Positions 39,693-46,773 of a DNA stretch of 64,000 bases are shown here, piece after piece (the first letter of the stretch is position 1; each line of letters starts with the position of its first letter). The notes under the pieces were generated by a model that saw nothing but the letters and a program-made list of their open reading frames with translations, made no database searches and had not been told where the DNA came from. The stretch covers positions 47,568 through 111,567 of the IMG/VR virus record IMGVR_UViG_3300050821_004356; one strand, written 5' to 3'. The stretch is from a virus. Both the position numbers and the translations under genes were made by a program.

Positions 39693-39782
39693 TGTCGGTT
39701 GCGAAGGTTCGTGGCAGAGTCTTATAAACTCTTCGGGCCAGATAAGCCTTGCCGGAAAGATCGTTACTTTCATCGACAACCA
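39693..39782 (+). tRNA. atypical tRNA with UAU anticodon and long variable arm
   Basis: TGTCGGT/ATCGACA acceptor, AGAGT-CTTATAA-ACTCT, GAAAG/CTTTC T-stem, ACCA. Confidence 0.7.
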
Positions 39783-39786
39783 ATTT

Positions 39787-39870
39787 GAGCGTGTGGCGGA
39801 AAGGCATACGCAGGGCACTTAAAATGCCCCGTCGAAAGACATGAGGGTCCGAATCCCTCGGCGCTCACCA
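39787..39870 (+). tRNA. tRNA-Leu(UAA)
   Basis: Class II cloverleaf, CCA. Confidence 0.9.
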
Positions 39871-39875
39871 AGTTT

Positions 39876-39949
39876 GCATGAATCGACAAGTGGTAAGTTA
39901 GCTGTTTGCAAAACAGCCATCAGTGGTTCGATTCCACTTTCATGCTCCA
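39876..39949 (+). tRNA. tRNA-Cys(GCA)
   Basis: Cloverleaf, U73, CCA. Confidence 0.9.
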
Positions 39950-40031
39950 AGTTTGGGCACCTGACACCTAACAGTGGCAGGGGAAAGTCCAAAACGTTTT
40001 CGCACGGTCAACGAAAGACGGTGCTACATTT

Positions 40032-40310
40032 TGGTAGCGTAGACGAACGCGGCGAGAAACCCGAGAGGGCTATAAGCCGAGGAAATTCAGGCCACATCTC
40101 AACATCGAACGGTGGAAGCTGCCGGACGCGTAAGCGTACAAGTAAGGCTCGATACCGAAAGGTCATTCAAGTCGAGTAACTCTTTTCGGGTGTAAGCGCA
40201 AATAGGCTCTGAGAACTTGTTGAGTTTGATGAAGAGCGGGTAGCGTGCTTCGCGAAAGCGACTAGAGAGGAATGTTCGTTCTAGACAGAAGCCTGATTAT
40301 AGCGTCACCA
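40032..40310 (+). ncRNA. rnpB: RNase P RNA (compact)
   Basis: GAGGAAATTCAGGC / ACAGAAGCCTGATTA (P4 with bulged U), P2 GACGAACG/TGTTCGTT, TGTAAGCGCAAATAG, GGGTAG..GCTT, AGAGGAATG. Confidence 0.82.
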
Positions 40311-40323
40311 AAATAATTTTCAA

Positions 40324-40399
40324 GTGTCTGTAGCTCATTCAGTAGAGCACTCGGCTCTTACCCGAGGGGTGGTTGGGGCAGAGCCAACCAGACGCACCA
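40324..40399 (+). tRNA. tRNA-Lys(CUU) with atypical T-loop GGCAGAG
   Basis: Cloverleaf, CCA. Confidence 0.82.
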
Positions 40400-40401
40400 A
40401 T

Positions 40402-40476
40402 GGAGTGCTAGTGTCAAAGTAGCACAGCGGCCTTTTAAGCCGACGAGTGTTGGTCCAAGTCCAACGCGCTCCACCA
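40402..40476 (+). tRNA. tRNA-Lys(UUU)
   Basis: Cloverleaf, CCA. Confidence 0.85.
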
Positions 40477-40485
40477 ATTTTCTGT

Positions 40486-40561
40486 AGCCTGTTAGCAAAC
40501 TGGCCGTATGCACCTCGCCTACACCGAGGCCGGAAGAGTTCGATTCTCTTACGGGCTACCA
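40486..40561 (+). tRNA. tRNA-Val(UAC)
   Basis: Cloverleaf with C33, CCA. Confidence 0.85.
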
Positions 40562-40670
40562 ATTTTCGATTGCCCGGTTGCTTACGGCGACGGTGTAGAT
40601 GAGTGTGTCGGAACCGAGAGGCCGTAAATACTCCACGGCGGCATTCACCGCAATCGAATTAATTTTCTGT

Positions 40671-40745
40671 GGCGATGTCATCTAGTGATTAGGATGCTTG
40701 CTTCTCAAGCAAGTCACGCGGGTTTGAATCCCGCCGACGCTACCA
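40671..40745 (+). tRNA. tRNA-Glu(CUC)
   Basis: Cloverleaf, CCA. Confidence 0.85.
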
Positions 40746-40754
40746 AGTTTCAGT

Positions 40755-40828
40755 GCCGCTATCTGCTATGGATAGGCAACGAGACTTTCAATCTCGTAGA
40801 CAGGGTTTGAGTCCCTGTAGCGGTACCA
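40755..40828 (+). tRNA. tRNA-Glu(UUC)
   Basis: Cloverleaf, CCA. Confidence 0.85.
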
Positions 40829-40838
40829 ATTTTACAGT

Positions 40839-40914
40839 GGGCAGTTAGTGTTAAATGGGAGCACGTGTCGCTTGCACCGACAAAGTGAGGGTTCGAATCC
40901 GTCACAGTCCACCA
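40839..40914 (+). tRNA. tRNA-Ala(UGC)
   Basis: G3:U70 pair, CCA. Confidence 0.85.
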
Positions 40915-40925
40915 ATTTTTCCTGT

Positions 40926-41001
40926 TGTCGCGGAGCACATGTGGACGGGCGCTCGCTCGATAAGCGAGAGGTAGGTGGTTCGAATCCACCGGCGACAACC
41001 A
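40926..41001 (+). tRNA. tRNA-Ile(GAU) with atypical D arm
   Basis: CTCGC-TCGATAA-GCGAG anticodon arm, canonical T arm, CCA. Confidence 0.78.
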
Positions 41002-41017
41002 ATTTTTGCGGTGACAT

Positions 41018-41260
41018 ATGACGATAGCAGACGCAGCATCAGTTGCGGCACTAGCAGTCGATTTGATTGCCTTGTGGTTCCTGATTGGGATTTGGAAAGA
41101 TGATCATGCGATGAGAGTCGCATCGGAAGAGTCTTTGAAGGCCCAGTTAGAGTATCTTGGATTGCGCCGTAAATGGTACGAAGGCCGCACCAAGAAAAAG
41201 GACGAAAAGAATGTCGCTCAGTCTAGACCAGAAGATGGCACTGACGCGAACAGTCTGTAA
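41018..41260 (+). CDS. small membrane protein within the tRNA cluster
   Basis: N-terminal TM helix; fills a gap between tRNAs. Confidence 0.55.
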   Translation: MTIADAASVAALAVDLIALWFLIGIWKDDHAMRVASEESLKAQLEYLGLRRKWYEGRTKKKDEKNVAQSRPEDGTDANSL

Positions 41261-41324
41261 CATTCTTGGAGTCATCATCTCAATCATCTACGTTGTGTGG
41301 GTGATGAGTAAATAAATTTTCAAT

Positions 41325-41411
41325 TGTAGGGTCGACTAGCGGCCGATGTCGCGGGTCTCATAAGCCCGATGCGAAAGCACACCGTGGGTTCGAATCCCAC
41401 CTCTGCAACCA
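41325..41411 (+). tRNA. tRNA-Met(CAU), initiator-like, with long variable arm
   Basis: CGGGT-CTCATAA-GCCCG; variable arm TGC-GAAA-GCA; CCA. Confidence 0.82.
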
Positions 41412-41418
41412 ATTTTGA

Positions 41419-41493
41419 GCGAGGCTGATGTTAGTGGTAGCATGTCAGTCTTCCAAACTGAACGGACGAGTTCGAGTCTCGTGCTTCGCTCCA
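41419..41493 (+). tRNA. tRNA-Gly(UCC)
   Basis: Cloverleaf, CCA. Confidence 0.9.
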
Positions 41494-41498
41494 ATTTT

Positions 41499-41572
41499 GC
41501 TTTGTTAGTTCAACGGTAGAACGCGTCCTTGGTAAGGATGAGGTAAAGGTTCAATTCCTTTACGAAGCTCCA
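41499..41572 (+). tRNA. tRNA-Thr(GGU)
   Basis: Cloverleaf, CCA. Confidence 0.9.
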
Positions 41573-41579
41573 GTTTTGA

Positions 41580-41655
41580 GCACGGCTCATACAGCGGCCT
41601 AGTATGCGAAGCTTGTACCTTCGACACGTTGGTTCAAATCCAGCGCTGTGCTCCA
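41580..41655 (+). tRNA. tRNA-Thr(UGU)
   Basis: Cloverleaf, CCA. Confidence 0.88.
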
Positions 41656-41757
41656 ATTTCTAGAACGTGGAACCGCGAGTCTGTGGAATGGCGGATAGTG
41701 CAGACCTGAATAATGCTCCGGTACTCCGGAGACGCGAACGCCCCACGAGATTTATGA

Positions 41758-41831
41758 GCACTGCTAGTCTAGTGGCAGGACACTCCCCTCGTAAGGCAGA
41801 GGCAACTGTTCGATTCAGTTGCGGTGCTCCA
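41758..41831 (+). tRNA. tRNA-Thr(CGU)
   Basis: Cloverleaf, CCA. Confidence 0.85.
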
Positions 41832-41904
41832 AGTTTTGTGCTGTGACATAAAACACATCGGTGAGAGGCGTCCATAGACCCACCGAGGCACAAAAGTTTT
41901 CTGA

Positions 41905-41978
41905 GCGATGTTGGTATAGTGGTAGCACGAGACCTTGCCAAGGTCTAGGCACCGTTTCGATTACGGTACGTCGCTCCA
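41905..41978 (+). tRNA. tRNA-Gly(GCC)
   Basis: Cloverleaf, CCA. Confidence 0.88.
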
Positions 41979-41987
41979 ATTTTCTGT

Positions 41988-42076
41988 GGATGGTTAGCTC
42001 AAGCGGCAACGACACTTGGCTGTAAACCAAGCGGTCCTAGCGACCTTCCGAGGTTCGAGTCCTCGACTATCCACCA
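41988..42076 (+). tRNA. tRNA-Tyr(GUA)
   Basis: Class II cloverleaf, CCA. Confidence 0.88.
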
Positions 42077-42087
42077 TAATTTTCTAC

Positions 42088-42175
42088 TGGGGTGTGGCTC
42101 AATTGGTACAGCACCTGACTGTTAATCAGGCAGAGTTAACGCTCATTATAGGTTCGAATCCTATTGCCCCAGCCA
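42088..42175 (+). tRNA. tRNA-Asn(GUU) with long variable arm
   Basis: CCTGA-CTGTTAA-TCAGG; variable arm GAGT-TAAC-GCTC; G73, CCA. Confidence 0.85.
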
Positions 42176-42183
42176 TTTTAAAC

Positions 42184-42261
42184 GGAGATGTCGCGTAGAG
42201 GCCTATCGCACTCCCCTGTCACGGGAGATCATCGTGGGTTCGAATCCCATCATTTCCGCCA
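42184..42261 (+). tRNA. tRNA-Asp(GUC)
   Basis: Cloverleaf, G73, CCA. Confidence 0.9.
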
Positions 42262-42269
42262 TTTTCAAC

Positions 42270-42344
42270 AGGTCGGTAGTGTAACGGTAACATCACGCAC
42301 TCCAAACGCGTCGGATGGGGGTTCGAGTCCCTCCTGACCTGCCA
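42270..42344 (+). tRNA. tRNA-Trp(CCA)
   Basis: Cloverleaf, CCA. Confidence 0.9.
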
Positions 42345-42352
42345 ATTTTTAC

Positions 42353-42443
42353 GGAAGGTTGACGGAACCTGGCTAACGTATAGGTTTGCTAAACCTAAGT
42401 CAACCGAAAGGTTGTTTGTGTTCAAATCACAAACCTTCCGCCA
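42353..42443 (+). tRNA. tRNA-Ser(GCU)
   Basis: Class II cloverleaf, CCA. Confidence 0.88.
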
Positions 42444-42448
42444 TTTAC

Positions 42449-42532
42449 GGAGGATGCCGCTCAAGGGGGCAATCCGGTTTGAACCCGGAGGGCGCTGTAA
42501 GGCGCGGTGTTCGATTCATCCTTCCTCCTCCA
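42449..42532 (+). tRNA. tRNA-Ser(UGA), 8/4 fold
   Basis: GGAGGATG/CTTCCTCC acceptor, 4-bp T stem GGTG/CATC, long variable arm. Confidence 0.78.
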
Positions 42533-42625
42533 TATTCTACGCTCGTGGCTGAAATGCCGTTTGGTGTAGACACACCCTAACGGGGACTGAGCACCGTCGC
42601 TAACAGTATAAAATTGGGGCGACAT

Positions 42626-42699
42626 CCCTTGTAGGTGTAACGGTAGCACCTTCCGTTGAAGCCGGAAAGGACGTGGTTCAATTCCACGACTCGGGACCA
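42626..42699 (+). tRNA. tRNA-Phe(GAA) with mismatched acceptor stem
   Basis: TTCCG-TTGAAGC-CGGAA, T arm, ACCA. Confidence 0.75.
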
Positions 42700-42707
42700 T
42701 TTTCAAT

Positions 42708-42783
42708 TGGGATGTAGTTTAACTGGCAAAATAGTCGGCTTTGAACCGACCAGATGAAGGTCCGAATCCTTCCGCCCCAACCA
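42708..42783 (+). tRNA. tRNA-Gln(UUG)
   Basis: U1-A72, cloverleaf, CCA. Confidence 0.88.
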
Positions 42784-42792
42784 ATTTTCAAT

Positions 42793-42868
42793 TGCCAAGT
42801 GGCGCAACTGGTAGCGCAGGCGGCTCTGAACCGCAAGGCTGATCGTTCGAATCGATCTTTGGCAACCA
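42793..42868 (+). tRNA. tRNA-Gln(CUG)
   Basis: U1-A72, cloverleaf, CCA. Confidence 0.88.
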
Positions 42869-43012
42869 ATTTTCAATTCAGGTCACTATGAGACGGACCT
42901 GGAGATTCCCCAAATAATTTAAAAGTGAGGGAAGATGCATGACCGAATAGATAAATTGAAAAATCATATGTTTTATGGTTCGACTTATCAAAGCGAACTA
43001 AGGGAGATACTT

Positions 43013-43231
43013 ATGGCATTCGCAGACGCAATCGCAAAGCTTCAAGCAGACGTCGCAACGTTGATCGCCGAGAACGGCCCAGCCGCAGTCGCAGCGGCCG
43101 TAGCAGCGAAAGATGCATCCGACGCAGCCGCAGTTGCCGCAGTTGACGCAACCGTGGTAGCAGCATTGACACCGGCAGCACCGGCCCCGGCTCCAGTAGC
43201 ACCAGCGGCCCCGGCAGCACCGGCAGCTTAA
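43013..43231 (+). CDS. Ala/Pro-rich small coiled-coil protein
   Basis: GGGAG RBS then MAFADAIAKL; followed by a hairpin at 43241-43260. Confidence 0.6.
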   Translation: MAFADAIAKLQADVATLIAENGPAAVAAAVAAKDASDAAAVAAVDATVVAALTPAAPAPAPVAPAAPAAPAA

Positions 43232-43492
43232 TAAGTTACCCCCGACGTTAACTCGTCGGGACAATTTCTGGGTAGCTCAAAGACGTCGATAAGAGCACTC
43301 GTTCCCTGTTTAAGTCGCAAGACGCAAATCGAGAGTGTGGAGACTTAGGCGCACCTCCCCCAGAATTTTTAGGAGCGAAATGACCACAACTAAAAAGGTT
43401 TTGCTCAGCATAGCGGTAGGCCTAGTTATCGGTTTAGGTTTTTTATTTTGGCACGTCGCGGAAGTATTTAACGCCGTTCAGTAAGAGGTTCC

Positions 43493-43912
43493 ATGAGCGT
43501 TCTCCATAAGGTCGAAGTAGGCGCAGAGATTTATATTATCGCGGCGATGTCGTTGATCGCAGTATCAGCGTCTATTGCAGCGATCAGACTGCTTATTGAA
43601 AAGAATAAACCAGTATTTAACTATCCTGCTGATGTACCTACAGCCGAGGCCAAGGCCGCAGCTGAAGGTTATCTTCATCGGTGCCTAGTGGCTCTCGATA
43701 TTTTTATGAACGTCGTCTTCTTCGCAGGTAAGCAGGGTGAGACAATGTCTACGCATGCTTGGATCGCGTCGCAGTCAGGCGCGCTCTGGGGCAAGTTGAT
43801 GAACCGTTGGCTCGACGGCTTCCAAGCGAACCACGGCCCGCAAGCAGCATCGGGAGATTTAGAGCGCGCGCAAGGCGAAGTGAACCGCCTTAGAAAGATT
43901 TTAGGAGTTTAG
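43493..43912 (+). CDS. conserved-type phage membrane protein
   Basis: LVALD..N....G...ET.S pattern; GAGG RBS. Confidence 0.6.
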   Translation: MSVLHKVEVGAEIYIIAAMSLIAVSASIAAIRLLIEKNKPVFNYPADVPTAEAKAAAEGYLHRCLVALDIFMNVVFFAGKQGETMSTHAWIASQSGALWGKLMNRWLDGFQANHGPQAASGDLERAQGEVNRLRKILGV

Positions 43913-44003
43913 TTTCAAACGCCGAGCAAAGGCACCCGAAAGGGTACGGCGTAATTACGAGCGCAAGATGCTTTGCTAAGGCGTGCTCGTCGAGTAACTG
44001 GGT

Positions 44004-44408
44004 ATGAAGATTCTTCGTAAGTTCCCTTACTGGTATTTGATCGCAGTACCTGCCCTGCTATTCGGCTTGGGCGTTGTGTCCAATCAATCGGTCTTGGTTG
44101 CCAACCACGGTAAGTTCCCGGTGATGCTGAGCCAAGGCATGTACTATAAATACTGTACCCCACAGTCCGAGGAAGACGAAGACGCCCCTAGTATCTCTTG
44201 TATCAAAGGCGGCGAGATGATCGACGAGACGCATAGCGTTATGGGTCCGAACTCACACTTGAAAGTATTGTCGGACATCATACCCATCGGGTCAACTATT
44301 TACAGTATCGGAGATGGCCTTCTTGAATTAGGTTCGTGGCTGCTTTCTTATACGCTCATCGCGTGGCTATTCCTGACAATTCGAAAGTTAGCAACTTTGG
44401 TGAACTAA
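44004..44408 (+). CDS. DUF5317-like membrane protein
   Basis: N..V..ANHG.FPV, LSDII, SIGD. Confidence 0.65.
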   Translation: MKILRKFPYWYLIAVPALLFGLGVVSNQSVLVANHGKFPVMLSQGMYYKYCTPQSEEDEDAPSISCIKGGEMIDETHSVMGPNSHLKVLSDIIPIGSTIYSIGDGLLELGSWLLSYTLIAWLFLTIRKLATLVN

Positions 44409-44713
44409 TGACGGCGCACCACACAACGCAACATACTCAGGTTCGTAATCAGAACCACGGCGCACAAAGAGACAATCATGGTCGTAGAGACCCGCGCTCT
44501 TTCGACGCAGGTACGCACCATCGCGTCGAAGAGAGACGTTATCGAGATGGTCATTGGAACGTCCGATTCGAAGGATACTGGTTTGAGTGCAGTGTGTGGC
44601 CTGCTTGGGCGCTTTATGAAGACGTATATTTTGTAGAAGGTCCGAACGGAGTATTTTTCGTGTATGAGTATAATAATCCGGCTATGTTCCTTCAAGTTTA
44701 TTTAGTTGATTAA
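44408..44713 (+). CDS. His/Arg-rich hypothetical protein
   Basis: TAATG-coupled start. Confidence 0.5.
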   Translation: MTAHHTTQHTQVRNQNHGAQRDNHGRRDPRSFDAGTHHRVEERRYRDGHWNVRFEGYWFECSVWPAWALYEDVYFVEGPNGVFFVYEYNNPAMFLQVYLVD

Positions 44714-44772
44714 GTTTTACTAAGATTAAAGTAGTAAATTTTTAGCCACTTCGGTGGCATAGAGGAAACAAC

Positions 44773-45846
44773 GTGTCTATTACTTCACAGCTTTTGACTG
44801 GCGCAAATTACGCGCTCAACGCGTATTCTGGTATCACGAACTCCGGTCTTACCGTTATTTCTGGCGGTAACATCGGGTCTTTCCCGACGTCGTCTATTAC
44901 AGGCTTCCCCCCAGGCCTGCTTTCTCCTCCAGCAGTTATAGACAACGCTGATTCGTTGCAAGCGCGTCTAGATGCTCTTTCCGCATACAATACGTTTGCG
45001 GCCCTCGCGTTTACTTCATTGGGTGCATCCTCAGTTAATCTCTCCGTATCTGGCAACGGCTCTTCGGCTTCGACTTACACTCCCGGTAACTACTCTGCAG
45101 GAACTAGCATGGATATTCCTACTAGTATCACACTAGATGCGCAAGGAAACCCGAACGCTGTGTTCATCTTTAAAGCAGGCAGCACAGTTACCCTTGAAAG
45201 CGGGGCCTCTGTTTTGCTCGTCAACGGAGCCGCAGCACAAAACGTTGTGTGGCTCGTAGGCACTTCATTCACGTCTATCTTTGCTGGCACATCAGTTATG
45301 GTCGGCAACATCTTGGCGCAAGCCTCTGCCACATTGGGCGGCGGTGTTCTAAGCGGTCGTGTCCTAGCAGGTCTAAACAATTCGAGCGGTGCGATTACTA
45401 TCGCGACTGCGCTTGCTTTGACAGTTCCAGTATCGGGCGGTGGGGTCGCTCCACCTCCTACGAGGGCTGGCGGTGCGGCTCAGTGTCTTATCTCTCAGAA
45501 TTTGGGAGCGTCGGTTTTGTTAGCTTGGCCGCAGAATAGTCCCGGAGTTCAAGGACAATTCTTAGACCTAGTCCAAATCGTTGACGAAGGTGGAAATTTT
45601 GTACTCAACGTCGACTTTAGCGGTGCTGTTCACTATCCCGCAATTCTACCAACTAATGGCACGAGAATCGGCCAATATCAAACGAGATTTGGTCTGTCTG
45701 GTAGTGGTCTTCCCGTAACTACACTTTCGCAAGTAATGCATGACGCTTTCACTAATCCACAATTTCTTGACATCATTCAAATAATCAATGTGGGAGGAAA
45801 TATCTCCTATTGGTGGAATTCCGAAGGCGTCGCGACCGGTTCCTAG
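44773..45846 (+). CDS. DUF3494 ice-binding-like protein with C-terminal extension
   Basis: ITGFPPG, ITLDAQGNPNAVFIFKAGS, VLLVNGA.AQNVVW.VG.S, GNILA, GRVLA. Confidence 0.88.
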   Translation: MSITSQLLTGANYALNAYSGITNSGLTVISGGNIGSFPTSSITGFPPGLLSPPAVIDNADSLQARLDALSAYNTFAALAFTSLGASSVNLSVSGNGSSASTYTPGNYSAGTSMDIPTSITLDAQGNPNAVFIFKAGSTVTLESGASVLLVNGAAAQNVVWLVGTSFTSIFAGTSVMVGNILAQASATLGGGVLSGRVLAGLNNSSGAITIATALALTVPVSGGGVAPPPTRAGGAAQCLISQNLGASVLLAWPQNSPGVQGQFLDLVQIVDEGGNFVLNVDFSGAVHYPAILPTNGTRIGQYQTRFGLSGSGLPVTTLSQVMHDAFTNPQFLDIIQIINVGGNISYWWNSEGVATGS

Positions 45847-45856
45847 TTTTGCGTAG

Positions 45857-45874
45857 TCTCCTCGGAGGCTTTTT
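45857..45874 (+). terminator. intrinsic terminator
   Basis: GTCTCC-TC-GGAGGC hairpin followed by TTTTT. Confidence 0.55.
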
Positions 45875-45939
45875 ACGTGGCAACGCGACTGTCCAATTTG
45901 TAAAACACAGCTTCAAAAGAAAACAGGTACAATAGTAGT

Positions 45940-46755
45940 TTGCCCATGCTGTGCGTGGGTATGGAAATAATTATGGATGATAAAGCCGCCAATATAATGG
46001 CAAATATTATTGCTCGTCGCGCCACAGAAATGGAAAAAGAAGCCTTGGACGTTATCACAGGACCCCAAGGCCCGCGCGGAGAGCGAGGTATCCAAGGACC
46101 TATAGGTCCAGTTGGACCTACGGGTCTCAAAGGTGATAGAGGTCCAGCAGGAGAGAAAGCGGAGCGCGGAGAAAGAGGACCAGTCGGAGAGGCAGGTCCT
46201 ATAGGACCTACCGGTCCCGCTGGCGCTAAAGGTGACCGAGGTCTCACAGGACCCGCAGGCGAAGACGGTAAACACGGCCGCGACGGTAGAGATGCCCAAG
46301 TTCCAGAATTCGTAATAGGCGAAGCCGTTGTAGGTACTGAAGCTAAGGCAACGCTACATCGCAATGAGAGCGGCGTTTATATTTTGAGTCTAATTCTCCC
46401 GAGAGGAGAGCGCGGCGTCAAGGGCGAACCAGGTCCAACCGGTCTTCGAGGTTTTCCGGGAAAAGATTCGGTTACACCTGGTCCAAAAGGCGATCCGGGG
46501 AAGTCAATAACAGGTCCAGCTGGCGCTGATTCGACGGTCCCTGGCCCACAAGGTATTCCTGGTAAAGACGGACTGAGCATTGACGAGATCAAACAACTCG
46601 TCGTCGATATTTTGTCAGACGCTGGTTTGTTATCGGAACAAGCCCAAAAACTTGCAACTATTCGTGCATTATTAAAAAAAGCGATACATCAAGCCGACGC
46701 TCGCCACGCTTTTCAAATTTCGGAAATAATCAGGGAAGTAGATAAACTGTTTTAG
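45940..46755 (+). CDS. collagen-like (Gly-X-Y) protein
   Basis: Two long GXY tracts and a helical C-terminus; true start may be ATG 45961 or 45973. Confidence 0.85.
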   Translation: MPMLCVGMEIIMDDKAANIMANIIARRATEMEKEALDVITGPQGPRGERGIQGPIGPVGPTGLKGDRGPAGEKAERGERGPVGEAGPIGPTGPAGAKGDRGLTGPAGEDGKHGRDGRDAQVPEFVIGEAVVGTEAKATLHRNESGVYILSLILPRGERGVKGEPGPTGLRGFPGKDSVTPGPKGDPGKSITGPAGADSTVPGPQGIPGKDGLSIDEIKQLVVDILSDAGLLSEQAQKLATIRALLKKAIHQADARHAFQISEIIREVDKLF

Positions 46756-46773
46756 TTGAATTTACGAGATTAG

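Noticed and set aside
39976-39990. GGGGAAAGTCC as the RNase P 5' P4 strand
   Set aside because: The GAGGAAATTCAGGC at ~40079 is the strand that pairs with the 3' P4 strand; this one forms a local hairpin
38490-42868. Stop-codon recoding or suppressor tRNA
   Set aside because: No CUA, UUA or UCA anticodon; Leu(UAG), Leu(UAA) and Ser(UGA) are ordinary sense anticodons, and long genes are intact in code 11
38441-42869. Many short ORFs on both strands
   Set aside because: They overlap clear tRNA or ncRNA genes; only 41018-41260 fills a real gap
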